Assembly (NCBI RefSeq): GCF_009914755.1
Contig: NC_060947.1
Length of the DNA: 64,000 nucleotides
Direction: 5' to 3' (one strand)
Origin: the human T2T-CHM13v2.0 reference genome, Homo sapiens
The translations under genes were made by a program, and so were the position numbers. The first letter of the stretch is position 1. Each line of letters starts with the position of its first letter. Below the pieces are notes generated by a model that saw only the letters and a program-made list of their open reading frames with translations, was not told where the DNA came from and did not search any database. Of this stretch, positions 49,965-63,974 are shown one piece after another.

Positions 49965-51640
49965 GCTCTTTGCATTTCAATCACTGTCCAAGGCACTCAA
50001 GGAAGTCATGGTGAATAAAAAATATGAGGAACTTGTTTTTGTAAAATTTACATTCTTTGTGGGAAGAACAAACATAAACAAGCAAACAAATATGTAAAGA
50101 AGATGATTTTGATAATGATAAATGAGAAGAAATAGAAATGTGCTAATAAGTGACAAGCTGTGTAGACCTGTGATATGCATGTGTGTTTGAGGGACAAGGA
50201 TGTGTAACAGATGCTATTGATGTTCTGCCCTGTATCTCCTTGGCCTACATCTGAGATCACCTGCAGCTATGGTAGACTGTAGTTCTGGAATTATCAAGTA
50301 CTACATATTTTGCCTCATTTTCTAGAGTTGTCTCTGGCATCACAGGAACGTGGTTGACCAGGCACAACTCAGAATTGCAGGAAGAGTTGACCTCAACCCT
50401 TAACCAATGGGGGATGAGAGTTAGTATACGAATATCATAGCCTCCTTCTCTTTCTAAGGTGTATTCTACGGTTTCTTAGAGTTTCCCTGAAAGATTTTCT
50501 CCTAGTTGTTCAAAGCAGCAACCTGCCAATTAAGACATATTTTTAGGCTTTTTTCACTTCTCTGTCTCATTTTCCCTACTCTTTCATTTTTGTTTCTTGG
50601 TGTCACCTCCTAAATAAACAACTTACACTCAAATCCTTGTCTCAAGATTTACTTTTGAGGAAAACTGAAAGTAAGATAGTAGGAAGGGGATATAGAATAT
50701 TTTAACTGGATGATTAAGAACAATCACACTAAGATAGTTATATTAGAAATGAGATCTAAATGGCAAGAAGTTACCATGCATGAGAAGATGTGGGGAAGAT
50801 AGTTCCTGGTGGAATCAAGAACAACTGCAAAAGCCCCGAGGTGAGAATGAAGAGCACTAAAGCCAGAGTGGCTAGAGTAGAGTAAGTGGTGAGTGGTATG
50901 CAATGAGGTCAAAGGGGCAAGTAAAATATTAGTGTTACAGGAATGTGTATATATATTAAGGAGTTCAGTCTTATAGTCAGCCTTTGTAAGACTGTAAACC
51001 AGGGACTGATGTAATTTGATCTCTAAGTAACTCTGGCTATTTGGAGAAGGAATAGATTTTAAGAAGACAAGAGTTACAAACTTTAACAGGAAGGAAGCAA
51101 GAAGACTAGTTATGAAACGACTGTACTGGGCTAGGTGAGAAAAAATACATAAGCTTCTCTTAGTGAAGAGCAGTGGAGATGGAAAGAAGGTTTATACTGA
51201 AGATACATTTTTAAAGACATGAAACCAGATGTTATCCTTAGGAGTAAAAAATAGAGAGCCTAGGAAAAAACTTGAGGAGAGTTAAAGGAGCTATAAAGCA
51301 AACTGTGATGGAAGTCAGCAGAGTAGATGGAAGTCAGCAGAATAGATGGAAGACAAGAACTAATATTTCATGGACACCAAAAATGATTCTTATCAAGAAA
51401 TACCAGGAAGTAGGAAGTGGCCAACTGTGTGGACTGTTGTTGGAGTACAACTAAGAGGAAGATAGAAATCCAACCATTGTACTTGTCACCTTTCAGATCA
51501 TTGATAAGAGGAGCATGAATTAGTGGAGTGGAAAAATGGATCTCTGTATGTTGAAGAGAAAAAAAGAATTTGAGGATGTTGAAATAGAGAATAAAGACAA
51601 AACTTTTAAAAATCTTTGTTCTTAGGAAGAACAGAGGCAT
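49965..51640 (+). mobile_element. L2, interrupted by an ERVL LTR
   Basis: agaacaactgcaaaagccccgagg...gccagagtggctagag...taactctggcta. Confidence 0.7.
50201..50678 (+). mobile_element. ERVL LTR16-like
   Basis: cacctcctaaataaacaacttacactcaaatccttgtctcaagatttacttttgagg. Confidence 0.78.
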
Positions 51641-51659
51641 AAAGCAATAGCTTAATTGT

Positions 51660-52103
51660 GATATGTGGGTTCAGCGCTACCATGCCAGAGAACACGTTAT
51701 GTGCTCACAACAGCATTTTCTTTTCCTGAGCATAGAAAGAGTGAGTTTCTCGGCTTTCCTTGCAGTTAAGTTTCTATTATGGGGTTACATCTGGACAATG
51801 GAGTGTCGTTAGAAATTATGCATGCCATTTCCAACAAGGAGTTTTAAAAGTCTTCTATGCAATCTTCCACTTATTTTTTCCCTCCAATGGCAAACTGGAA
51901 AGTCATGTGTTCCAGATGGTAAAACCACAAAGTGGAAGCAACCTGGGTTGCTGAGTCCATTTTGAGGAGAGCCAGCAAGAAGAGCCAAGCTACCTATGTT
52001 GGACTGTGATATGAGGAAGAAACAAACCTTTGCTGTGTTTGGCCACTGAGTTATCTAGGTGCATGTATTACTTCATCAGAGCTAAGCCTATCCCAACTAA
52101 TAC
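51660..52103 (+). mobile_element. MLT1J-like MaLR LTR
   Basis: ttccttgcagttaag...ggactgtgatatgaggaagaaacaaacctttgctgtg...cctatcccaactaatac. Confidence 0.8.
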
Positions 52104-52403
52104 CCCAGCAGTTTTTTAAGATTGTTGATAAAATACTATTTTGCATGTTTTAGAAACTGCGTAGTAGACAGATTTGATATTGCAGAAGAAAGAGTATGTA
52201 ATTGCAAGAATATCATGCTTAAGAAGATAAAGTCTGAGATCAAGAGTAGCAATTGCTGAGGCTGGCCTTAGAAGTAGGGGCATTGCAAAGAAAGAAATGC
52301 AGAGAATGTGAGTACAAAAGAAGTCACAATGCCAGATTTGGTCAACGGAAGCTGAGGGAGTTTTCTCATTTAAAGTTTCTATTTGATCACGGAAGAGTAA
52401 GAT

Positions 52404-53178
52404 AAAACACATGAAAAAATGCTCATCATCACTGGTCATCAGAGAAATGCAAATCAAAACCACTATGAGATATCATCTCACACCAGTTAGAATGGCGATC
52501 ATTAAAAAGTCAGGAAACAACAGGTGCTGGAGAGGATGTGGAGAAATAGGAACACTTTTACACTGTTGGTGGGACTGTAAACTAGTTCAACCATTGTGGA
52601 AGTCAGTGTGGCGATTCCTCAGGGATCTAGAACTAGAAATACCATTTGACCCAGCCATCCCATTACTGGGTATATACCCAAAGGACTATAAATCATGCTG
52701 CTATAAAGACACATGCACACGTATGTTTATTGCGGCATTATTCACAATAGCAAAGACTTGGAACCAACCCAAATGTCCAACAATGATAGACTGGATTAAG
52801 AAAATGTGGCACATATACACCATGGAATACTATGCAGCCATAAAAAATGATGAGTTCATATCCTTTGTAGGGACATGGATGAAATTGGAAATCATCATTC
52901 TCAGTAAACTATCGCAAGAACAAAAAACCAAACACCGTATATTCTCACTCATAGGTGGGAATTGAACAATGAGATCACCTGGACACATGAAGGGGAATAC
53001 CACACTCTGGGGACTGTGGTGGGGTGGAGGGAGGGGGGAGGGATAGCATTGGGAGATATACCTAAGGCTAGATGATGAGTTAGTGGGCGCAGTGCACCAG
53101 CATGGCACATGTATACATATGTAACTAACCTGCACAATGTGCACATGTACCCTAAAACTTAAAGTATAAAAAAAAAAA
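52404..53178 (+). mobile_element. Young 5'-truncated L1 (L1PA2-like) with open ORF2 C-terminus (184 aa) and 3' UTR
   Basis: ORF 52411-52965 ends ...[21 protein letters not shown]; 3' UTR has gagttagtggg and cttaaagtat (non-Ta states). Confidence 0.98.
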
Positions 53179-53239
53179 TGTGTCAGACATGATACAAGAT
53201 GATTTAAATAAAAGACCTCTTTAAATAAAAAAAAAAAAA
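53179..53239 (+). other. Probable L1 3' transduction with a second poly-A tail
   Basis: Non-L1 segment between two A-tracts; AATAAA at 53207-53212. Confidence 0.7.
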
Positions 53240-54986
53240 GAATACAGCTGAGAGATAGGATAGATGTAAAAATATTGGCTATTTGAGCAAAGAGGGCAAA
53301 TTATGAAAATATAGAGTGGGCAATCAGTCAAATTAAGAAAGTAAAAGAAGATCGTCTGGCAATGTTGAGTGTATTTGAAGTGTATGATCATGAATGTAAA
53401 GTATGTCCAAGTAGAATATTTGTGTGCATTTTTATGCTGATTGCAACTTCCTGGCTGAAGTCATAAAATATTTGGAGAGATTCCTTTAGTCAGGCATGTA
53501 TAATAGGGAAAGAGTGGAGCAAGAATATTTAAATTAAAGATAATTGCAAAGGAGTGATTTTAATGATGGATCAAGGACCCTTAGCTGGGTAAGAAAGGGA
53601 TATAGACAACCACAGGCAATGGATAATCCATCATCTGTATGTGAGAGGCCTCCATAAAGAAAAATAGCCACTGAATTAAGAGTACTGATATAAGTGACCT
53701 AGAAGGATAAGAAATGGGGTCAGAATGTCTTATGCTTCAAATTGAGATTTTAAACAGTTCACTTATTGATGATTAAGAAGTCAAGTGTATTGTACAGCAA
53801 AGGAAAAAATACAGTGTTTTATGGTCACTCTTGAGAGAAATCACTCTTATTCTGACACGAAAAAACTTTGCTATTTCTGAGCAACTGTTGTTTTTGTTTT
53901 ATGGGTACTGGGAATCATGTGAGTTATGGGAAAGAGTTATACACATGGAAAGAACATGAAAAGTATTTCTGTTAAATGTGGTGCAGATGATAATAAATCT
54001 TAGAAAGAGACCAAGAAATAACTTTCTGCTTATCTTATAAAGTAAGGATCTGTGAAAATAGAAATTCAAAAGAAAAAAGGCTAAAAGAGTAAAGGCAGAA
54101 GGGAAGAGCTGGCTATTTAGGCAGAGGAAGAAGACACCATGTGGTGGCCTCTTTACTGCAGTAGATCAGCAGTACTTGGAGTAGATAGATGTTAGACTCA
54201 GGATAGGGGCTGCAATAGGAAATCGAAATTCATCTGCAGGTGTAGTGAGGATGATACCACTCAAATAATATGTATTTTACCTGATTACAAGGACAGCAGT
54301 AGGAAGGAGCCAAGCAAGTCACACTATACTTTGCCATCTTCATCAAACACAGAGAAGAGGGAGTGATGTAAATGTTCCCTGATTAGATGTCCTACAGACC
54401 TCACTGCCCCTTTTTGTCTCATAGCTGATGGATAACTATTTACCAAGCAGCTCTAGAGCTTAGTAAATGATGGGAGCCTTGTAATAGTGGTAGAAAGCGG
54501 AAAGATGAAAGTAGCCCTTGTTTGCGACATTGGGAAAACAAATACCAGGCCTGTTCATAATTTCCATTGTTCAAATAAACAGAATCTAAAGACATATGGA
54601 GTTTACACATTAAGTTTTATAATATAAAAACATAAGAAGAGCCAAGAAAACAAACATTTGAGAAATGTAAAAATAGAGTAATCAATTGTTATGTCATTTC
54701 AACTAAATTCAAGAAGATGTGGATTTCTGAAGTAAGATTAGGCAATGAGATAGTGAGACAACAGAGTTATCCAGAAAGGAGACTGGGTAACATGCAGAAG
54801 CAAAGATTAGGAAGCTCTAGTTCATAAGGAAAGTAAGGCCAATATAATTCTGATTATAAAAATTAAATTGCATAAGAAAGGGCAAGGGCAAAAATCATAA
54901 TTCCAAAATTATGGAAACAACAATATGGAGGACAAATCTGAAAATCTCTTCAAAAATAAATAGGGAAAAGTCAAGAGGATATAAAT

Positions 54987-55364
54987 TATCTTAGTCACCT
55001 GGGGCAGCTATATTGAAATACCATAAATAAGGTGGCTTATAAATAACAGAAATGTGTTTCTCGCAGCTCTGGAGGCTGGAAGTCTGAGATCAGGGTGTCA
55101 GCAGGGTCAAGTTCTGGTGAAGGCCCTCTTTCAGGTGGAAGACTGCTGTCTGTTGGTTATATACTCACATGGTGGAAAGCAGAGAGGGGAAGCAGGCTCA
55201 CTCTCTCCTGACTTATAAGGCCACGAATTCCATTCTTAAGGGCTTTATCCTTATGATCTAATCTTAATTACCCCCCAAATGCTCCACCTCCTAATATTAT
55301 AACACTGGGGGCTAGAATTTCAACATACAAATTTTGGAGAGACACAAATATTCAGTTCATAATG
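54987..55364 (-). mobile_element. MLT1A/MLT1A0 MaLR LTR
   Basis: ggtggcttataaataacagaaat...ctggaggctggaagtctgagatcagggtg...ttggagagacacaaatattcagttcata. Confidence 0.9.
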
Positions 55365-56179
55365 TTAAAAAAAGAGAAAATGACAAATGTGAAATAGAGA
55401 AAGGAAAATCCAATATATAGAAAATTTGTGATCACATAAAGCGACCAGAAAAATTGAAACAAATGCCATAAAATATGATAAGAAACCCAATTCTAATGTG
55501 AATATAGACATAAAACTTTGGTCTAAAGCCAGGTTCTTGATTTCCAAAGTTGTTGAAAAGGGAAATACCTCCAAATATGGGCTTGAAATATATAATTTTC
55601 AATAATATGATAAAAATATCTACAACCATACAGGCAGAAAGAGAGAATTTAAAAAATACTTCATCTAAAGAAAGAAAGCCTTACTGCTATCAGTCTCCTC
55701 CTGTTTTAAATTAAAAGCAAGAAATTAAAGAATAAGTACAGTTTTGGATGAAAAAGAATTCTATCCCGAGAAGAGGTTTTGTTTACATCTGAAATGTCAT
55801 GTGAACAAGGATTAGAAAATAGATCCCTCAACTTTGAAGGAGTATTCGGAAATGAATCAAAACAACTCAAGAACTAGGGAGACTGATGGGAGTAATTAAA
55901 ACCATTTAACAAAAATTTAATTTTAAATAATTGTTTAAAATGTGGCCACAAAGAGAAATAAAAAGCATCTATAAGTCTTAAATCAACAAGAAAAACAGGA
56001 ACCAAAATAATGTTTAAAATGAAGATACCAATCTATACAAACAAAATCTAGAGAAAAGGTACCAATTTATTTTCATATATAGGGATGGACAACTCCAGAA
56101 GGTCTAGTTTAATTCTTAACATTGTCGAATAAAGAAGTATGAACTCAGTAATTCTTGAAGTTTATGTAGTCACCAGTAG

Positions 56180-56850
56180 ATTTTTCTTAATTGAGGATAT
56201 ACATTAAAATGTACAAATCTTAATTTCTGTGGATTTTTACATTTGTTCGCATATGTAACCACTATCCAGATCAAGTTATGAAACAACTCCAGCGCCCCAG
56301 AAGAACTCTCTTGTGCCCCTACACGGCCAGTAGCCTCCCCCTACGAGGATATACGCTATTCTGATTGCTACTACCACAGATTAATTTTGCCTTTTCGGGC
56401 TTCATATAAATGGAATTATACGGTGTATACTCTTTTTTGCCTGACTTCTTTCTTTAAGCATCATGTCTGTGGAACTAAGCCACATTGTTGCACGTAATGA
56501 CAGCTTTCTTTTTTCATTATTGTGTAATATTCCATTGCATAAATATATCACGATTTACCCATTCATTTTTTGATGGACATTTGAGTTGTTTCTAGCTTTC
56601 GGCTATTATGAATACAAATTCTGTAATCATTCCTGTACATTTCTTGCACATTCATAAACACTTATTTCTGTTGGGTATATGTCCAGGTGTAAAATTAGTT
56701 GCTGAAGTTGCTGTTTAGCTTAAGTTCTTACTGCTAGGTATTTTTTTCCAAAACAGCTGTGCAAATTTAAATAATCACAAGCAATGTAAACGTTCTAATA
56801 TCTCCATATCCCTAACTCTTGATAATGTCAAACATTTTAGTCATCCAAAT
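56180..56850 (-). mobile_element. L1MC/ME 3' end
   Basis: gattaattttgccttttcgggcttcatataaatggaattatacgg...gatggacatttgagttgtttctagc. Confidence 0.85.
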
Positions 56851-58174
56851 GTAGAGGTTTTAAAAAGTTTTTTGCCTTCTAAATGACAGAGAAAAAGAAA
56901 AACATGTAAAGAAACTTTGTCCAGTTAGAAAAAGGTGTGAAAAAAAACAACAAACCAGAAAATAGCATTTATTATAATTATTATTATACCCTGTTAAACT
57001 CCAAGTCAATTACACCAGACAACTCTACTTCTGTTTTGGAATTTCTCTATAGGATACGTATTGATGGCTCTTCTGTCTTTACAGCTAACTACCAATTTTG
57101 CATGAACTTATTGGCTGGATTTATAAGAAACATACTCTTACTTATCACACTAGTGAAATAAACAAAATAAACAAGCAAAAAAAAAACCTAATAGACTCTC
57201 TGAAAGTGGATTTCAGAGCATAACATCAATACACAAGTGCAAGAGTGGTTAGGGAGACTAAGTTCTACCACTGCAGAAACACAGACAAAGTAGAACAGCT
57301 GCTGCAATGAAACCATACTGTATCCATTGGGAATTCTGAGGCTCTTCATTCTGATTGTTCTTTCTGCTCAGTGTCATCAATTGTAGCAATTGATTAATGT
57401 GATAGAAGATCACTCACTTTCTCCTCAGTCAGGAAATTGTTAAGTTATTATACTCTCAAGTCCTCTAATATTTGCATAGGTATAGCCAATATAATTTAAC
57501 AACGCAGTAGAAAAACAGAGTTAGCTGCATGCTAGGGTTGTGAATAGGTAACTACAACTCTAAATACAAATTTAATTGAGACCAGTATTTTCCAGGTTCC
57601 CCTCCATTATTATGAATACTTGAAAATTTACATCCAGTAATGTAAATGATATTTCTGTATCTCATTTCCATTTCAAAGTTAAATAATATTGAATTTAAAG
57701 AGATTTTTAAAAACATACTAAAGAACATAGTAAAGTCATTCTAATTTATAGAACTTAGATAACATTTCATACATCTCTATTTCTTACCAAAAACTCAGTA
57801 TTTGTTTTTGCTTCGTTTAACACTGAAAATATTTTAAGGTATTTGTGCTTCATATTTAGATTTTTAAAAAAATAGGTCATGTACCCAATGATATAGCCAT
57901 GAGTTAAGCATATTTTTGCAACACTGGAGACTGTTCAGAAAGGTTTCATCTGCCTAGTTACTTCCTGTAATACACTTAATACCAGTGATTACATGCTTGT
58001 TTCCTTTTTCTATAAAAAGAAACTTCTGAAACAGAAAAACCTTTACCATTGCATGAATATGTAAGTCACGTTCAATGCCAAAACATCATTACCTTGGATA
58101 ATGCCATAAACTCTGCTTCCTATTGTGGCATCTTATAAATATCTCAGCTAATTTTTAATGTATTCCCTCTGCAT

Positions 58175-58448
58175 CTACAACGTATTACCTTTATTTAATC
58201 TTCAGCAGTAATATCTAATACACCCAGTGAAACTGAATATGATTTTCTTCTGTCACTGACAGTAACAGATAGTTCTTGATAATTATGATCCATGTGTAGC
58301 TCTTTCTTTCATTAGAGGAGAAGAGCATACAATGCCAAATCAACTGCTGGAGCAGTTTTGTGTCATCAATCTCAAACCACTTGCCAATGTCGTGAAAGCG
58401 CATATCTCCACGGAGTAATATATCTAAGTCATCTCATTGTCATATATC
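58175..58448 (-). pseudogene. Probable terminal exon of a decayed ABCG-type half-transporter gene (post-TM5 loop and TM6)
   Basis: Acceptor tttgcttttctaaacaattcag|; reads (G)YMTMR*LRYITPWRYA (family WLxYxSxxRYA motif), a cysteine-containing loop after frameshift (CSSS*FGIVC) and IIFSFTGCIRYYC*RLNKGNTL* (family RxxAYxxLR plus short tail). Confidence 0.68.
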
Positions 58449-58963
58449 CTGAATTGTTTAGAAAAGCAAACTAGAAAGGAGAAAAACAAATATGAGTATT
58501 TTTCTGCTGTATATGAAATGCAAGATAAATGGACATTTGCTGAGTCTGTATTTTCCTGTGTGTGTGTAGTGTGTATTAGTGTGTGTATGCATATATTATG
58601 GGAGGAAGAGGAAGCACGTTTGCTAGTGTATACATTTAATGTGTTTATTAAATGCTATGATACTCCATCTGTAATTTAACCACCAAAAACTGTACAGATA
58701 AAAAAGAATAGGAAGGGGAATTTCTTTTTCTTCTTCTCTTAGTTAGTGTTAAAGGTAACAGCCATTTTTCCTGAAAATAATTAATTGCTCACTGCTTCAT
58801 TGTTTAAAATGATAATCTCGTATAGAGTCAAGTTGATGTAATATAGGCATCATTGCTATAGCTATGATCCTGAGGTTTTATGATCATCAGAACCCATTTT
58901 CCCAAATTAAACTCTCCCAGAAGGACTATTTGGGGTTCCAACCATCTGCTTTGGTGGACACAC

Positions 58964-59057
58964 CAAATAACCACGTGGAATGCATAACAAAGATATAAGA
59001 ACAATCTCTGTATTATTTAAATGTAAGAGATTAATACCATGAAAAACAGTTATGGGA
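58964..59057 (-). pseudogene. Probable internal exon of the same ABCG pseudogene (end of TM4 and TM5)
   Basis: ITVFHGINLLHLNNTEIV then, after a 1-nt shift, SYIFVMHSTWLFG; phase-1 donor TTG|GTGTGT matches the phase of the next exon; acceptor uncertain (decayed at 59058 or AG at 59081-59082). Confidence 0.55.
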
Positions 59058-59486
59058 TTATTTAAAGAATTACTGAAGACCTAAATGTGTCAAACTATAT
59101 TTCATTCTTCCACCTGTGATCAGATTTACTATGATATGGTTATTTCATATAAAAATAAGACTACATTTATCAATGCTAGTAAAATAGAAGGAATGCTGAA
59201 GCAAGAAAAATCATCTGTACTCCACCTCTTGCTGAGCCTTTTGACAAAATCTTTTAAATTTTTATGCCTCAGTTTTCTCACTAAATTTGTATAAAGACTG
59301 AGGATCGAATGGCATAAAATCTTTGAAATCATTTTGCAGAATTGTAATCAATGATACATCTGTAACATAATTGTTAGTTGCTTCATTTTAAATCTTACCA
59401 GACATTCAAAATAAATGAAAAATCCCCAGTGGCCAAGACTATTTGAAAACATGTTATTGCAAAATTATATAATATCCCTTGAAATA

Positions 59487-59855
59487 TGTATTAAACAGGA
59501 TTGCATTACACACAATCTCCAATCTCAGTGGCTTAACACAGCACGCAAATTTCCTTGCAGTCCTGGGCAACTCTTCAGGTCAGCAATACTTCATGTGGCG
59601 ACATAGTAGTCCAAGCTTATGAACGCTCTGTTATCTTCTTGCTGTACCATCTGGAACATGCAGTCTACTTGGTTAATAGGGAAAGAAAAGCACTAGAGTC
59701 TTACTCTGAAAGTTAAATATTTCAGACTAGAAGTGATTCAAGACAAATATTTTAATTCACTATAGCCCAACATAACTGTAGATGAGTAAGTATGCATAGA
59801 CCTCTTGTGTTCTTGAAAGAGAACTGGATATGGGAAAGCACCAGAAGTCTCTATG
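59487..59855 (-). mobile_element. Old MLT1 (K/L-like) LTR fragment
   Basis: caatctccaatctcagtggcttaacacagc. Confidence 0.55.
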
Positions 59856-61124
59856 ATAAGCTTCATTTATTATGGTAAGTTTTCCATAGCCCCTAAATTC
59901 AATCGCTTATTACATGATTTATTATAACTATTTCTACCTTTCTCTTATGTACAGATGATTCAATAGGAAAAGATTAAACCACCTGTACATAAAAATATGC
60001 TTGTGAAATAAGGATTATATATTATACTATGAATATAATTCAAGGTTTGATACTTTTTCTGTACCAACTTACTATATTATCTTAAATCAGGCATAGGAAT
60101 ACCAGGTAACTCAGGTAACTTTATAGCCTCAAGTAACAACATAAAACTTTTCCCTGTTTCCCAAAGTTCAGAAACCACATCCACATGCGTATTTATACAT
60201 ATATGTACACAGTTGCATATGCAAACATGCTGGCTTACTTATTTATATTTCTAGTAGTACCTAGACTGGTGTAAAAACATGTCTATTTAAATGGAATAAT
60301 TTTAAACATCTTATGAAGATTCTAAGACATCATTACAGAGAGGATTGGCAGAGAAATGGCCATGTTATAAGTTCAAGTAACTTTTGAAAATTTATTTCCT
60401 AGTGTAGATGGGCAGAGCACCAGAAGGATATCAAGATGTCATACTCTACATGAAGAAGATTCTGAGCATTACTAGATACCATAGATGTATATTTATGTGT
60501 TTGCTCAGCAGAATCTATGAGTGAGAACTGGTAGGACATGCTCCGCATTATCAAAATTATATAAATAGATCATATTTTGTATGGCTTATTTTTTGATGTA
60601 ATGACTAGTAAAGGCAGTGTGTGATTGCTGTAGATCTCTGATGTTCACAATCAAAATCTTTTTATGTTAATGTTGCCCTTAACACCATATAATTTTAAAG
60701 AGGAAATCTGAAGGAAGGCTTTCTTAGGGGCCCAGGTAGAATGAAAACCCTTCTTATTTGTTTATAATATGAAAAACCTTCATATTATACATGGTGTCTC
60801 TGATACCTCCCTGACCTTACTTTTTAAATAATTGACTTCTCCTAATAGGCTGTTATTTCCCTAAAGGCACAAGCTCTATTTTATTTGCATCCTTACCTTG
60901 AAATTTCAAGTTATCCCCAAAACGTAGTGGATGCTCTATAAATATTTGTTGAATGGCAGAATGTGCTGAGAAACTAAAGATATGTGACAGACAATAAGGA
61001 AAACAATAATTTAGGCTAACATTTTTGATACCAGATTTAACTTGGGTGCTACTCAATAGTAGTAGTTTCATGATTGGAGAAAGCTGAATTATGAAGAAGG
61101 AGTAACCATCTCTCTACAATTATG

Positions 61125-61650
<526 letters not shown>

Positions 61651-63296
61651 AGAGTCAATTAAGCTTACAATAAACCGTATTTGTTTGTGTTCTTTTTCAA
61701 GGTGATTCTCTAACACATACCTAGGGCAATCTTTGTCTAAAAGCTTGGAAATTTTCAAGGGATATGACCCAGTGGGAATTATGCTACTACTAGAAGACAT
61801 GGTCTTTTCTGTTGGAGAGATAGGATTAGAAAGAAAGATCACAAATGAATTGCAACTATCCACATTGCAATTTGAAAGGGTCAATTGTTGAGGGAACCAT
61901 TTTTCCTTTAGCAGAGTAGGCCATCTGTTTCACATTAATTCTCCTCCCCCTTACAAGAAAGTCCCTGAACTTTGGAAGAAGGAAAAAGTTGGGGACCACA
62001 CGGTCCAGTGATCAATAATACAGTATCTCTACCAAAATTTGACATAATTGTTAAATGAAAATCTCTTGAGATTTGAGAAACCAATATGGAACTTGAATAA
62101 AAGAATATTATCAAAACTCCAGAAAGATAAGTAATTACAAACTTATCTCCACAATGAGTTATAAGTTATCAGAGGCACCCTGTTTCATTTTCCTTTGTTC
62201 TGTCTGTGTTGAATATTAAATAGTTTTTACTATAGTATGTACTACAGTATGTACTATTACATACTATAGTATGTATACTTTAGCATGTATAGGATACTTT
62301 AGCATGTAGTACTACATGTCTATTTACTATTAGACATATTCAATCTGAAATATTGGGATATTTGATCTAAAAAGGCCAGAAAAATTACCATCCTCCTAAT
62401 CATTGCCTGAGGACAATTGAAAATCACTTAGCTGTATTTGCTGAACTGTGCTGGGAAGTTCAAATTAATTGGACCTGCTGAATAGAGCCCATCTGAAAAT
62501 CAAATCGTCAATTCGATGTGAAAGATAATAAACAAATCTCCAATTTTCATTGCACTAAGTAAATCTGGACTTATTTATGTAAGTATCTAACAAGAAATTT
62601 AAAAACAAAAACGTTTTCTTTCTATACAGAAGTTCATGTCAACAAAATCACAACTAGAATTCAGGCTGAAAGATCATTTTAGTTTATGAAGAAGTAATAC
62701 AGAAATTGGCTTACTGTTTTGGTTTCCTGAAATATTTCTGCATTATGAGAAAAGCTGCTTATGCAATTGCATAAAGTTTTTCAGAAATTGTTAAGATAGA
62801 CCCATAGGAAATAACTTTCTCTGTAATATACCCTACTTCTAACCTAGATATTTCATATTAATAAGAAGGACTTGTCATTGATAATTATTAGATATATATA
62901 TTAACCTGTTAGAGTAAATAAAAGAATGTTTAGTTCACCTTTTCTGTTTGGATAATTTTTAAGGTAAAATATGGGAATGTACTTATTCTAAGAAAAGTAA
63001 TTATTTTCTTATTAATTTACTCATCGCTAAGCTATGAAAACTAATAGAAATTTAGCTATAAAAGTTGTGTTTTATCAGATGGGAAAATTTGAAGGCCAGT
63101 AGAGCTCTCTGTATCAACGCTTCTACCTATACAGAGTGCTCACACTGGGGCAGAAGTTAAGGCAAAGAAATAGTAGAATGGTATACAATAGTGACAAATA
63201 TTTGCCAAGCATTCATTTATGCATTTTGTATGTGCCAGCTCATTTAACTGTTACAAAAATCCTTAGAGGTATGCAATTTTATCTCTAAGACAGAGT

Positions 63297-63473
63297 TAGG
63301 AAACTTCGTAAGGTACAGAATGCCCAGCTAAATTTTATTTTCAGATAAACAATAAATAATTTTTGGTGTAAATATATCCAAAATATTCTATAGGACACAC
63401 TTATTCTTAAAAAAATCATTGTTTAACTGCAACTTAAATGTTACTGAGCATCCTATGTTTTATTTGGAAACCC
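63297..63473. mobile_element. MER53 (palindromic hAT MITE) inside a MIR
   Basis: acagaatgcccagctaaattttattttcagataaacaa...catcctatgttttatttggaaaccct. Confidence 0.82.
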
Positions 63474-63974
63474 TATGATAAAAGGCAGGTGAATTTTACG
63501 GATGACAAAATGGAGATACATAGGGTTTGAATGTAACACTGTAGCAGTATCAGAATTCAATTTTAGGTCTATCCATCTCCAAAGCCCCCAATTTTTCTAC
63601 CCTACTCCACTGTCTTATGTCACAGAAATTCTCTAGACTTAATTTGTTGATTTATACATGTATGTGTGTGTGTGTATTTCAACTATATTTTTCATATATA
63701 TTTTTTCATATGAAAAATATAGGTGAAAAGTCACCTCTTGACTTTTGGGGGGCTCTTTTTTATCCATGGTTACACAAGTTAATTATCCCTCTTTAGGTTC
63801 CCAGAAGTTTCATTCTGATCACGTAATCTCATGACTTGACTTAATAGAACTTTTCATGAAACTTGCTTTGTACTGAAAAGTCACTTTTTAAAATTTTACC
63901 ATTTTTTCTTCTGCTGCTGTAAAATATAACAATGCGAAGCCCTTAAGCACAGACTTCCTAGCTTCTCAACTTAC

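Noticed and set aside
52411-52965. 184-aa ORF as a host gene
   Set aside because: It is the C-terminus of L1 ORF2p in a 5'-truncated element without a promoter
57440-57530. Hydrophobic minus-strand stretch (MQLTLFFYCVVKLYWLYLCKY) as TM6 exon
   Set aside because: A better TM6 and stop match already lies at 58175-58250; motif support is weak
58215-58403. 62-aa ORF MRFHDIGKWFEIDD... as a real small protein
   Set aside because: Mostly an off-frame reading across the frameshifted ABCG-like exon
62389-62492. Reading (D)GLYSAGP resembling the ABCG8 DGLYTTGP motif
   Set aside because: That motif precedes TM3 and should lie upstream of the TM4 exon at 63975; here it is out of order and similarity does not clearly continue, so probably chance
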